This document shows positions 37,779 through 47,809 of a DNA stretch of 64,000 nucleotides, one piece after another. The number at the start of each line of letters is the position of its first letter. Within the stretch, counting starts at the first letter, position 1. This DNA comes from Spirochaetota bacterium (GTDB lineage Bacteria; Spirochaetota; UBA4802; UBA5550): contig JBNKTL010000019.1 of NCBI GenBank assembly GCA_050298055.1, positions 23,649 to 87,648 on the forward strand. The letters run 5' to 3'. The position numbers were made by a program, and so were the translations under genes. The notes beneath the pieces are model-generated. The model was not told where the DNA came from. It saw nothing but the letters and a program-made list of their open reading frames with translations, and did no database searches.

Positions 37779-40055
37779 GTGAGACTGCAGATAATTTTCA
37801 CAATAACCCTTGTTCTTTCCTGCTCGGGGAATTCTCCGGGGGAAAATCTCTCCAGAACAGGTTTCACTATACCTTCCAAAGAGATAATAAAAATCTACAG
37901 CGGCAGAAAACTCTCATACCATGAACACTTCGTAGTAGCATCAGCTTTAAAAAAGGAAAAAAGATACCTCGAATCTGTTTTCCATTACCTGAATAGCTGT
38001 TACACAAAAGCTCCGTTTGAGAAAAATCTGAAATTATTCAACAGTAAAATTTTACGGTCCCTTGAAACCGAAAATGGGAGAACAGAGCTCTTTGAGGATG
38101 CCGCATACGAAATTGCTGATATTACTTACAGGTACAGAAGATACAGCGAAACCGTGAAAATTCTGAAACAGCTTTCTGAAAATAAATCGGGTCTCCACCT
38201 GGATGCCGTTCTCCTCAAAGCAGAAGCATATAAAAAGCTGAAGATGCCTGAGAAGGGAATGGATGTTCTGAAAAAAGCACTGACCCTCTATAACGACATC
38301 CCTGCAGTATCCTTTTTGAGGATACGGATTGCATCAATCCATGAAAAAAAGGAGAAGTGGGATTCTGCGTTCAGGGAATACCTTAAAATCGTGGAACTTG
38401 ATGATAAGAGCTGGCAGGCCAGGGCAGCTTCAGGAAGAATCAGCAGTATCTTAAAGGGCAAAGAGATAAGTCCCGGGAACAGAAAAGAACTCTTTCTCAC
38501 CGCAAAGGCCCTCTCCATAAATAGAGAGTATGAAAAGTCCCTGTCTCTCATAGAGAGAGGAGGATACTCAGGAAAAAAAGAATATCTTCACCTGGCGGTT
38601 AAAAACCTCTGCCGTACCGGAAAAGAAAAAAGTCTTTTGTCCCTCTTGAGTCAGAAGAGAGAGAAAAAATTTATTCTTGAACTTAAAAAAACAGCCGCCG
38701 CTGAATACGGGAAAATGAAAAAGAGGAAAAATTCCATTGCCCTTTACTCGCAGATTGCCGTCTCGGGCACTGAACCCTATAAGAAAGACGCCCTCAAGAA
38801 AATTGCCCGGTATTATTCACTGAATGAGAAGAGCATGGGAAGCATGTTCATTACAAAATTTTATAAGAGTTATCCCGAAGACCCGCTGTCAGGGAAATTG
38901 CTCTGGCTGAAGGGAAAATCAGCTTTACAGAAAGAAGACTATCGGAAAGCAGCAGGATTTTTGGAACAATCTCTTAAGATATCACCGGGAGGGAGCTACT
39001 CCGAAAACTGCAGGTTCTGGCTCTACAAGATCTACTCCAAACAAAAAAAGAGCAGCAGGGCAACAGCAATTCTCCAGGATATTGTCCTGAAAAATCCCGG
39101 CTCATCATATACAATGATCCTTCTTAAGAGGCTTCTTAAGGGAATGTCAATTCATGAAATTAAAAAATCTTTTGGCAAAACAGGAATCGGTTCAAAAAAT
39201 GATCAGAGACTCTTTTATTACTCACTCATTTATTTTAAAAATGCAGAGATTTCTCAAAAGATAAAGTCACCTGGTTTTAGAATATCTGATAAAATCGGGA
39301 AATACAGAAAAGCCTACAGCGATATCACAGGATTTGCCATAAAATCTTCCCGGAGAAAGAGAATTGAAAAACTTGAACACTATTTCAGAATCGGATATAA
39401 CCGTGGGCTTAAGCGTGAAATCTACAGGCTCAGAAACGAAAACATTGATCCGGAAAACCTCTCTCTTGCCCTGTCACACTTCGGACTTAAGTATTCAAAT
39501 TACTACTACTTGGCATACTATTCCCTCCTCACACTAAAAAATCGAAAACTTGCGGTGGATCCCTTTTTCATGCCCCGGAAGTTTTTGAAAATACTCTACC
39601 CCGCTCCTTATAAGGAATGTATGAGGAATATAAGCAGAAAATACCGGCTTGAGAAAAATATGCTCTATTCTCTTATACGAGCAGAATCATTCTACAGGAC
39701 CAGCGCGGTGTCACGGTCAGGTGCAGTGGGACTTATGCAGCTTCTTCCATCCACCTCAAGAGATATCGCCAGAAAACTTAAACTGAAAAATTTTACTCTT
39801 ATGGATCCCTGCACATCACTTGAGATTGGATCAAACTATATTAACTGGTTAAAAAAATATGTGGGAGACACCAGGACTAAAATCCTCGCTGCTTACAATG
39901 CCGGACCGGGACGGGTAAGGAGCTGGAAAATCCTGATGGAACAAAACAGTGACCCGGACTTTGCCATAGAGTTAATCCCTTATGATGAAACGAGAAGTTA
40001 CGTACTCAGGATCAATAAATATATTGAATACTACAGGATGATATACGACCGATAA
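37779..40055 (+). CDS. Lytic transglycosylase (Slt) with TPR repeats, lipoprotein
   Basis: Lipobox VLSC; IRAES, AVS-x-x-GAVGLMQL, AAYNAGPG, IPYDETR-x-YV motifs. Confidence 0.88.
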   Translation: MRLQIIFTITLVLSCSGNSPGENLSRTGFTIPSKEIIKIYSGRKLSYHEHFVVASALKKEKRYLESVFHYLNSCYTKAPFEKNLKLFNSKILRSLETENGRTELFEDAAYEIADITYRYRRYSETVKILKQLSENKSGLHLDAVLLKAEAYKKLKMPEKGMDVLKKALTLYNDIPAVSFLRIRIASIHEKKEKWDSAFREYLKIVELDDKSWQARAASGRISSILKGKEISPGNRKELFLTAKALSINREYEKSLSLIERGGYSGKKEYLHLAVKNLCRTGKEKSLLSLLSQKREKKFILELKKTAAAEYGKMKKRKNSIALYSQIAVSGTEPYKKDALKKIARYYSLNEKSMGSMFITKFYKSYPEDPLSGKLLWLKGKSALQKEDYRKAAGFLEQSLKISPGGSYSENCRFWLYKIYSKQKKSSRATAILQDIVLKNPGSSYTMILLKRLLKGMSIHEIKKSFGKTGIGSKNDQRLFYYSLIYFKNAEISQKIKSPGFRISDKIGKYRKAYSDITGFAIKSSRRKRIEKLEHYFRIGYNRGLKREIYRLRNENIDPENLSLALSHFGLKYSNYYYLAYYSLLTLKNRKLAVDPFFMPRKFLKILYPAPYKECMRNISRKYRLEKNMLYSLIRAESFYRTSAVSRSGAVGLMQLLPSTSRDIARKLKLKNFTLMDPCTSLEIGSNYINWLKKYVGDTRTKILAAYNAGPGRVRSWKILMEQNSDPDFAIELIPYDETRSYVLRINKYIEYYRMIYDR

Positions 40056-40088
40056 TTATTCTGTTTATAATTTCCAGCGGTCAATGAG

Positions 40089-40116
40089 TTGACATAAAAA
40101 CAACTATTTGATAAAT
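40089..40116 (+). promoter_or_regulatory. Putative sigma70 promoter of the FecR-domain gene
   Basis: TTGACA, 16-nt spacer, TAAATT with TG extension, 9 nt before ATG 40125. Confidence 0.45.
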
Positions 40117-40124
40117 TTTATCAT

Positions 40125-40832
40125 ATGAAAAGAGAAAGAACTATCAGGCTGATCTTTCCCCTGTTCATCTTTATTTTTTTCTCTGTTTTGAAACTCTCTG
40201 CATATGAGATAGGGAAAATAATACAGTCAGAAGGTAAAATTGAGAGGTCCTCCATCACAACCGGAAAACGGTATCCTGTAAAAATCGGAGGATCGGTACG
40301 ATACGGACAAAGGATAAGAGTCGGCAAAGACTCTCTTCTGGAAATCCTTCTCAGCAATGGGACAAGCCTTTTCATAAGAGAAAACTCACTTGTCTATCTC
40401 TTCAACATAAGGATGAAAAAAAAGGACCCCCCGACAAAACTTAAACTGGCCCATGGGAAAATCACTGTTACACCAAAGAGACTTTTCACCGACAGGTCAC
40501 TGATTCTGACAACTCAAACTGCTGCCATAAGTGTTGTGGACGCGAAATTTTCGGTTGTTGCAAGTGAATATGAGACAAAGGTGCTGGCTTATAACAGTAA
40601 AGTCGGGGTTGCAAATATCAATCCTGCAATTAAAAAAGCATTCGTAATTATTGAAGGGGAAGAAGTATCAATCAGGAAAAATGCTCCGCCATCCCTGCCC
40701 ATAAATGTTCCTTCGGGAATGATCAGGTTCTGGCTGGAAAATCACAATATTACTACTGATTTTAAGTATATAACAAAAAACACCAGGGAAGAAGGTATTA
40801 TTGACTGGCTGCTGAGAAAAAGAGAATTCTGA
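40125..40832 (+). CDS. FecR-domain exported protein
   Basis: I-x-V-x-x-DS...GT-x-L-x-I-x-ENS and T-x-TAAISV patterns; N-terminal hydrophobic segment. Confidence 0.65.
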   Translation: MKRERTIRLIFPLFIFIFFSVLKLSAYEIGKIIQSEGKIERSSITTGKRYPVKIGGSVRYGQRIRVGKDSLLEILLSNGTSLFIRENSLVYLFNIRMKKKDPPTKLKLAHGKITVTPKRLFTDRSLILTTQTAAISVVDAKFSVVASEYETKVLAYNSKVGVANINPAIKKAFVIIEGEEVSIRKNAPPSLPINVPSGMIRFWLENHNITTDFKYITKNTREEGIIDWLLRKREF

Positions 40833-40854
40833 TATACCAGGGTCATGAGAACAG

Positions 40855-41682
40855 ATGTCCAAAAATATTTTAAAGGAGTCCTTTTTCGGTATACCACTCA
40901 TCCTGGCTCTTTTATTAATACTCCCTTTACCGGCTTTCCTCTCCTGCAAAAGTAAACGAATAATTATCGAAGAGAAGAAAAAAAGAAGAGATATCGGTCT
41001 TGTGGTCTACAAGTATAAATCAGGCAACTGGGAAGAGCGTATAGATGCAGTAGATGAAATTTCAGGTTATGACACTCATCCCCATTCCGTCAGAGCACTC
41101 AGACTCCTTGTTGAAGCAACATATGATAATCATTCCGCGGTGAGGATCGAAGCAATAAAAAAGCTTGCCGGTTTCCCTTCTCTCGTCTCTACAAACAGGC
41201 TCTCTGAACTGGCCCTGGAAGAAAATAATTCCAATGAAAAATGGTACGCGCTTCGTGTACTTGCTCTTTACAGAGATCCCCTCCTGGCACCTGTTTTTAT
41301 AAACGGGTTAAAAAGCAGTGACTGGCTCATACGGGATATTTCAATATCAGGAATTTTAATGTTAGATAAAACTTTTCTTGAAAAGTCCATGCTCAGTCAG
41401 ATCATTCTGGCACTGAGAGATCCTGCCCTGAGAGTAAGACTTACAACCCTGAACAGCCTTAAAGTCAAAAACAAGGTTCTCTATAATGAAATAAAACAAA
41501 TCCTTGAAGAAAATATGAAGAAAAAAGTTTTAATCATCGCTTCATTAAAGGCCCTGAAAGGCTACAGGCTGGATCCGGAAACAAGGAACAGGATCATACA
41601 CTATCTTACCGACAATAACAGTGAAATCCGAATACTTGCTCTCAGGGTTTTACAGGAAGAAGAATCAATGAAAAAAAAGTAA
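40855..41682 (+). CDS. HEAT-repeat lipoprotein
   Basis: FLSC lipobox; repeated D-x-x-x-x-VR-x-x-A units. Confidence 0.65.
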   Translation: MSKNILKESFFGIPLILALLLILPLPAFLSCKSKRIIIEEKKKRRDIGLVVYKYKSGNWEERIDAVDEISGYDTHPHSVRALRLLVEATYDNHSAVRIEAIKKLAGFPSLVSTNRLSELALEENNSNEKWYALRVLALYRDPLLAPVFINGLKSSDWLIRDISISGILMLDKTFLEKSMLSQIILALRDPALRVRLTTLNSLKVKNKVLYNEIKQILEENMKKKVLIIASLKALKGYRLDPETRNRIIHYLTDNNSEIRILALRVLQEEESMKKK

Positions 41683-41706
41683 CAGCGCAACAGGAATAAA
41701 GAACGG

Positions 41707-42417
41707 TCAGTTCTGTTTCTCCTTTGACTTGAAAACTCTGTTCTTGTTGTCCATCATGTCTTTTTTATATTTTTCCCTGAATGTTTTTTTGCTCTCTTCA
41801 TCAAGCTGAAGATCATGCATAATGAACATATTTTCTTTCGCCCTTCTATAGTAATATATGGCAGTGATAAGTTCCCTTGGTGATGCAAGTGTGGCATCTT
41901 TAAATCTCACATAGATATCGTTCCCTCTCTGAACTGCAAATCGCGCATTGTTGAGGAACTTTCTGGCCTGCCTGTCATCCTTTTCACCTTTAAGAGAACT
42001 TTTGAGGTCCTTCTTAATATTGAGTTTTATGCTCTCTTTCAAAAGTCTGTCCGATGTTTCATAATACTGCCTGGCAAGCTTCTTTGCCATGCTGAAGATA
42101 TCCTTCTCATTTGCCAGGAACTTTTCAGCAGAATCTTCAAATTTATTCTGAAAATAGAGGGCGCTTGCCTCTGCATAATTATCAATCAGTTTATCGATTT
42201 CAGCTTCACCTCCGCCGAAGTTAACAATTGCAGCTGTGAGAAGTTTAATGTTTCTGAAGTTTTCATAGCTCAGACGCTTAACCAGCGGTATCGGTTTATA
42301 TTTTTTCGGGGGACCGTATAAATATTCAGAACCTCCCCCTGACTGAGCCTGGAGATTGAGATTTAAAACCGTAATAAAGAATAAAATGCCTGTAAATATG
42401 TGAAATCCTTTTCTCAT
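41707..42417 (-). CDS. Hypothetical exported helical protein
   Basis: Signal peptide, GGAG RBS, all-alpha character. Confidence 0.6.
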   Translation of the reverse strand: MRKGFHIFTGILFFITVLNLNLQAQSGGGSEYLYGPPKKYKPIPLVKRLSYENFRNIKLLTAAIVNFGGGEAEIDKLIDNYAEASALYFQNKFEDSAEKFLANEKDIFSMAKKLARQYYETSDRLLKESIKLNIKKDLKSSLKGEKDDRQARKFLNNARFAVQRGNDIYVRFKDATLASPRELITAIYYYRRAKENMFIMHDLQLDEESKKTFREKYKKDMMDNKNRVFKSKEKQN

Positions 42418-42457
42418 TATGCTTCTCCCTGTTTCCCTGGTATTATGTACAAAAAAT

Positions 42458-42519
42458 GTAACTACTCATCTTAATAGCTAAAATAACGTTTATTTATAGC
42501 CATATAGCCGGTTTGTTAC
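42458..42519. mobile_element. Internally deleted MITE copy (62 bp)
   Basis: Left end GTAACTACTCA, right end TAGCCATATAGCCGGTTTGTTAC; flanks CAAAAAAT/CAAGATAT (6/8 identical). Confidence 0.6.
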
Positions 42520-42629
42520 CAAGATATTTATCTAATTTGATAATCTAATATATTTAAATCAATAAAGTCAAGAAAAATTGTACTTATGCCCTTTAAAAAT
42601 TACTTGAAAATTGTTATAGCTGGCTGAGA

Positions 42630-44234
42630 ATGCCTCACTTAAATGAAATGAATAAAAAAAGAAAAATAGAAATTTATGATACTACTCTCAGAGATGGCGC
42701 CCAGACTGTAGGGATCTCCTTCTCAGTCCAGGACAAGCTCCGCATTGCGGCAGCTCTTGACAGGGCAAAGATCGATTATATCGAAGGGGGGTGGCCCGGA
42801 TCAAATCCCAAGGATGACCTTTTCTTTAAAGAGATAGTAAAGGAAGAGCTTCAACACTCTGAAATTGTAGCATTCGGAGCAACAAAAAGGCATAACCTTT
42901 CATTTGAGGATGATATCCTTCTGCGGGCTCTTGTTGACTCTCAGGCAGATGTTATTGCCATCGTTGCAAAGACCTGGGACTTCCAGGTTATAAACGCCCT
43001 GGAGATAGAACTCAAAGACAACCTTTCCATAATAAAAGAGACAATCGTATATCTTAAAAATATGGGAAAAAAGGTCTTTCTCGATGCCGAGCATTTTTTT
43101 GACGGGTATAAATCATCCCCCGATTACACTCTTGAATGCCTGCATACAGCAGTGGCAGCGGGAGTTGACGCGCTTATACTCTGTGACACTAACGGCGGGA
43201 CAATGCCGGATGAAGTCCAGGGGATCGTAAAGAGAGTCGTAAATGATACGGATAGAGACATTGGAGTACATTTTCACAATGATACGGGAGTGGCTGTGGC
43301 AAACTCTCAGGCAGCCGTCCTGGCAGGGGCATCTTCGGTTCAGGGGACAATAAATGGATACGGTGAGAGGTGCGGCAACTGTGATCTCACAACACTGATT
43401 CCCAACCTTTTCTTCAAGATGGGCTATGCATGCAGTCCTTCTGACAGGTTGGAGATTTTAACGGAGCTCAGCAGATTTGTGAGCGAAACCGCTAACCTTG
43501 CTCATAATGAGAGAATGCCCTATGTGGGCGACAACACCTTTGCTCATAAAGCGGGTATTCATGTTTCAGCCATACAGAAGGACAACAGGACTTATGAACA
43601 TATTGATCCATCCCGGGTCGGTAACAGAAGAAAGATTGCCGTATCAGAGCTTTCCGGAAAGAGTAACATCACACTCAAATCCAGGGAGATGGGTATAAAC
43701 CTTGAGGGTGATGTTGAACTTCCCCGGGAGATTCTCCAGAAACTCAAGAGCCTGGAAGACAGCGGTTTCCAGTTTGAATCTGCGGAAGGCTCTTTTGAAC
43801 TTATTATCAGGGAAGCAACTGGAGAGTATGTCCCCTTTTTCAAGCTTAAAGGTTTCAGGGTCATAACCGAAATGCTGGAAAACGGGGAGATGGTCTGTGA
43901 AGGCACAATTAAAGTTGAGGTTAACGGTGTCATCGAGCATACGGCAGCTAACGGGAACGGCCCGGTGAGCGCTCTTGACAACGCACTGAGAAAGTCACTT
44001 GAAAAATTTTATCCCAGTATTAAAGATATCCACCTGACAGATTATAAAGTAAGGGTCCTCAACGAGAAGGACGGCACATCAGCCCTGGTCAGGGTCATCA
44101 TAGATCAGAAATGCGGAACCGATCACTGGGGTACTGTAGGTGTATCAACAAATATAATCGACGCCTCCTGGCAGGCAATAGTTGATGGAATAGAATACAA
44201 ACTCTTCAAAGATCTGAAAACTCAGAAAGATTAA
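42630..44234 (+). CDS. cimA: Citramalate synthase (LeuA/CimA family)
   Basis: DTTLRDG-x-Q, EGGWPGSNPKD, DAEHFFDG, CDTNGG, H-x-HND, GYGERCGN, FAHKAGIH, GNGPV-x-ALD motifs; start may be 42648. Confidence 0.9.
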   Translation: MPHLNEMNKKRKIEIYDTTLRDGAQTVGISFSVQDKLRIAAALDRAKIDYIEGGWPGSNPKDDLFFKEIVKEELQHSEIVAFGATKRHNLSFEDDILLRALVDSQADVIAIVAKTWDFQVINALEIELKDNLSIIKETIVYLKNMGKKVFLDAEHFFDGYKSSPDYTLECLHTAVAAGVDALILCDTNGGTMPDEVQGIVKRVVNDTDRDIGVHFHNDTGVAVANSQAAVLAGASSVQGTINGYGERCGNCDLTTLIPNLFFKMGYACSPSDRLEILTELSRFVSETANLAHNERMPYVGDNTFAHKAGIHVSAIQKDNRTYEHIDPSRVGNRRKIAVSELSGKSNITLKSREMGINLEGDVELPREILQKLKSLEDSGFQFESAEGSFELIIREATGEYVPFFKLKGFRVITEMLENGEMVCEGTIKVEVNGVIEHTAANGNGPVSALDNALRKSLEKFYPSIKDIHLTDYKVRVLNEKDGTSALVRVIIDQKCGTDHWGTVGVSTNIIDASWQAIVDGIEYKLFKDLKTQKD

Positions 44235-44256
44235 GCTGCTCAAATTAATTAAATAT

Positions 44257-44398
44257 GTAACTACTCAGCTATGTTTAAAAATAGATATGTTATTGAATTA
44301 AGAGATAACTGATGTGTCCCCGCCGATATCGGCAGCAGGGACACATAGCTGTTATTTTATTAAATATGTAAATTTTGGCCATACAGCTAAGTAGTTAC
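44257..44398. mobile_element. Complete MITE (142 bp) with 14-bp TIRs and central hairpin
   Basis: GTAACTACTCAGCT...AGCTAAGTAGTTAC (13/14); flanks TTAAATAT/ATAAATAT (7/8, probable TSD); central ATGTGTCCC...GGGACACAT stem. Confidence 0.8.
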
Positions 44399-44416
44399 AT
44401 AAATATAAGGTAAACA

Positions 44417-45223
44417 ATGTCAGATAAACCTATAGGGATATTCGATTCCGGTGTTGGCGGATTAACAGTCTGTGAAGCCATACATAGCAGGCTTAAAAAT
44501 GAAAATATCATTTACTTCGGTGACACCGGAAGGTCCCCTTACGGGACACGGTCAAACGAAACAATAATAAGATACTCAAAAGAAATTACTTCTTACCTTA
44601 TTTCACGGGACGTGAAGATGATTGTCATCGCATGCAATACCGCATCCGCGGCTGCCCTTGAATCAATAAAAAATGATGTGAACATCCCTGTTATCGGTGT
44701 AATAGAAGCCGGCGCCCGGGCTGCATGCAGCAGAGTAAAAAACAATGTTATTGGTGTTATCGGAACAAGAGCCACTGTAAACAGTCAATCATATAAAACG
44801 GCTATAAAAAAAATAGATCCTGAAATCAATGTGGTTCAGCAGCAGGCGACACTTTTCGTCCCTCTGGTAGAAGAAGGGATGACTCATGGTGATATTGCAC
44901 GATCAACAATTAAGGAATACCTTCAGGGAATGTATGATAATAACATAAGAACACTGATACTTGGCTGCACCCACTTTCCCCTTTTGAAAGATGCTATTAA
45001 TGACATATATCCCGATATTGACCTTATTAATACCGGTGTAGAAATCGCATATGAAGTTGAGAATATTCTCAAAGAAAAAGGTCTTGATAATAAAACCGCA
45101 AATGATAACAAGGTAAATATTGAACTTTACGCATCAGATATAACCGAAACGCTTATGAAATTGAAAGATCTCTTTTTTCACACAAACGGTTCAACAATTG
45201 AAAAACTAATAATAACCGGATAA
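44417..45223 (+). CDS. murI: Glutamate racemase
   Basis: FDSGVGGLTV, PYG, ACNTAS, LGCTHFP motifs. Confidence 0.96.
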   Translation: MSDKPIGIFDSGVGGLTVCEAIHSRLKNENIIYFGDTGRSPYGTRSNETIIRYSKEITSYLISRDVKMIVIACNTASAAALESIKNDVNIPVIGVIEAGARAACSRVKNNVIGVIGTRATVNSQSYKTAIKKIDPEINVVQQQATLFVPLVEEGMTHGDIARSTIKEYLQGMYDNNIRTLILGCTHFPLLKDAINDIYPDIDLINTGVEIAYEVENILKEKGLDNKTANDNKVNIELYASDITETLMKLKDLFFHTNGSTIEKLIITG

Positions 45224-45229
45224 AAAAAC

Positions 45230-46300
45230 ATGAAGAAACGAACAATAACAGTAACAACTCTCCTCATCATTGCGGTATCGTTACCCCTGAGATCATGGGA
45301 ACCCTATGACAGGGTTATCGCAATTGTAAATACGATACCAATAACCGAAAGTGATGTTGTTGCTCGTTTAGAGCAGCTCCGAAAACTGAAACAGATAAAA
45401 AGAAAAAATCTGGCATATGAGAAGAGCAGAATTCTGGATACTTTTATTGAAAATGTCCTGGTTGATGAAACTGCAGCCGAACAATCGATCATTGTTTCCA
45501 ATAAAAAAATTATGGGTCATATTGATAACATAATAGCACATTATCTCAGCACGCAGGCAAAAGACAAAAAAGAACTGGACAAACTGACAAAACAGGTATC
45601 ACTCAGAATTCTGGACAAACTGAATGGCGATCTGTCAAAAAAAGATAAAAAGCTTGAGAGACTTACTTCAGAATTTATTTCTTTTGTTGAAAAATCAAGA
45701 AAAACAAACTTCTTTATGTTCACGGAAGAAATTAGAATAAATATTACAAAACAGCAACTGGTCCAGATTGCCATCGGATTGTCCCCTCCTTCAAAAAAGG
45801 AGGTAGAGGACTGGTTCAGGAAAAACAAAAAAAAACTTGGGTTTGAGATAAATGCAAAACATATCCTTATTCGTCCCAAAGGAAGATCTCTTTCGGCGGA
45901 GAGAAATGCCAATAAATTAATTGAAAGTTTGCGTGCCAGAATAAGAAAGGGAGAATCCTTTGAAAAGCTTGCCGCAAAATATTCAGAGGACAAGGCTTCC
46001 GCTGTTCAGGGGGGAAGCCTTGGCTGGGTAAATATCGCAACACTGGATCCTTATTTTGCCAATGCGGTCTACAGAATGAATCGGAGAGGAGAGATATCCC
46101 GTGTATTTAAATCAAGTTTTGGTTATCATATAGTTAAGTATATTGGGAGAAGACCGTTAAAACTGGAATCCGTTGAAAGAATGATAATTTCCAAGTTGTA
46201 TAATGACAGGATGATGGAACAGTTTAAAAAATGGGTACTTGAAAGAAAAAGCAAATCTGCCATTCAGATCTTCATGAAAAATTATGTTAAAGCAGGATAG
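45230..46300 (+). CDS. SurA-like parvulin peptidyl-prolyl isomerase
   Basis: DRVIAIVN, HILI, FEKLA-x-x-YSED, GG-x-LGW, S-x-FGYHIV motifs. Confidence 0.85.
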   Translation: MKKRTITVTTLLIIAVSLPLRSWEPYDRVIAIVNTIPITESDVVARLEQLRKLKQIKRKNLAYEKSRILDTFIENVLVDETAAEQSIIVSNKKIMGHIDNIIAHYLSTQAKDKKELDKLTKQVSLRILDKLNGDLSKKDKKLERLTSEFISFVEKSRKTNFFMFTEEIRINITKQQLVQIAIGLSPPSKKEVEDWFRKNKKKLGFEINAKHILIRPKGRSLSAERNANKLIESLRARIRKGESFEKLAAKYSEDKASAVQGGSLGWVNIATLDPYFANAVYRMNRRGEISRVFKSSFGYHIVKYIGRRPLKLESVERMIISKLYNDRMMEQFKKWVLERKSKSAIQIFMKNYVKAG

Positions 46301-46315
46301 GAAGTATAACGAACT

Positions 46316-47788
46316 ATGGATATTCTCCTCTTTCTTGATGAAGGAATAACCGATGAGCATCTTACATTCAAGGGCAGCTATCTTCCCGATCAGATGAACA
46401 GCCTTACTCATAGTGTAAACGCAAAAAACATCTACTTTTCAATTCATAAATCATACAGGGGCAGACTGAGAGATAACAATAACACCATAGAGAGAGACAA
46501 TATTGACAACAACAGGTTCTGGAAAGAACTTCTCGAAAAAACCGGCTCCGATCATATTATCAAAATTTATGCCGATTCACCTTTCCTCGATGCAAAAATC
46601 ATCAGTGAAATGGCCGATCTTCACACTGAATATATGGCTGAATATACATTTTCCGAAAACCTTCCCTCCGGTTTAAGCTGTGAGATTATATCAGGAGAAT
46701 TAATTAACGCTCTTCCCAATACAGACAAGGAAACACTTTCCCTGGGCAGTGTTGTAAAATCCAACATTAACCAGTTTGATATCGAAATCTATTACAAAGA
46801 TCCTGATATCAGAGACAAGAGACTCTCATTCAGATCGAGCTGCAGCAGGAACCGGGCAGTAATGGAAAACATCTTTGATTGCGCAAACTCTGTTCCGGAG
46901 TATAAGGATCTCCGGAAACTTATTAATGAAAATCCCGGTGTACTTTACATAGGTCCCTCATACCTGGAGATTGAACTTACCGGTACCTGTGACCTGAAAT
47001 GTATCTTCTGCTACAGGGAAAAGCTTAAAAATAAACATGGGGACCTCCCTGTGGGCCTCCTTGAAAAAACAGTTAAGGAAATGAGAGAATTCAAACTTCC
47101 CTACACTGTCTGTTTCGGCGGATCGGGAGAACCTCTTATGCACTCCGAATTTTACCGCGCAGCAGAGATTATTCTACAGGAAGACCTTGTCGAGCAGCTT
47201 ATCGTTGAAACAAACGGTATACTGGCTGACGCAAACTACCGGAACTTTGCGGAAGAGAACAGCCCCCGGCTTACCACCATCGTCAATATTAATGGCATGG
47301 ACAGTGAAACCTATTCGCTTTTACATGGCAGTGACCATTTTCAGGTTGTTCTCAACAACCTGGAAGAGCTTAAGAAACGTGTAAAAAACACCGATAATCT
47401 TTTTATACAGGTGATGAAGATAAACGAAACCGATCCCTTTCTGGACAGGTTCTACGACTTCTGGGAAGAGAAGAATGTAAATATCATTCTCCAGAAACAG
47501 AATGTTTACCTGGGAATGATCGAGGATAGAAGGTATTCGGACCTTTCACCTGTAGTCAGAACACCCTGCTGGCACCTTCAGAGGGACCTATATATTCATT
47601 CTGATGGGAAGGTAGGATTCTGCAAACAGGATATTGATCAAGGGATAACAGGTGCGCATCTCAACGAAAGAACACTCCCGGACATCTGGAAACTTCGGGA
47701 GGACCTATTCAACAATGACTACAATGAAAACTATCCCCATAAACCCGATTGCTCACAGTGTGATGAGTGGTACACCTTTAATTTTTAA
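46316..47788 (+). CDS. Spiro-SPASM protein (cytidylyltransferase-like + radical SAM + SPASM)
   Basis: ADSPFLD N-terminal domain, CDLKCIFC, GGSGEP, C-terminal RTPCWHL-x-RD...CKQD...C-x-x-CDEWYTFNF. Confidence 0.85.
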   Translation: MDILLFLDEGITDEHLTFKGSYLPDQMNSLTHSVNAKNIYFSIHKSYRGRLRDNNNTIERDNIDNNRFWKELLEKTGSDHIIKIYADSPFLDAKIISEMADLHTEYMAEYTFSENLPSGLSCEIISGELINALPNTDKETLSLGSVVKSNINQFDIEIYYKDPDIRDKRLSFRSSCSRNRAVMENIFDCANSVPEYKDLRKLINENPGVLYIGPSYLEIELTGTCDLKCIFCYREKLKNKHGDLPVGLLEKTVKEMREFKLPYTVCFGGSGEPLMHSEFYRAAEIILQEDLVEQLIVETNGILADANYRNFAEENSPRLTTIVNINGMDSETYSLLHGSDHFQVVLNNLEELKKRVKNTDNLFIQVMKINETDPFLDRFYDFWEEKNVNIILQKQNVYLGMIEDRRYSDLSPVVRTPCWHLQRDLYIHSDGKVGFCKQDIDQGITGAHLNERTLPDIWKLREDLFNNDYNENYPHKPDCSQCDEWYTFNF

Positions 47789-47809
47789 TCATTATAACCG
47801 GAAATTATC

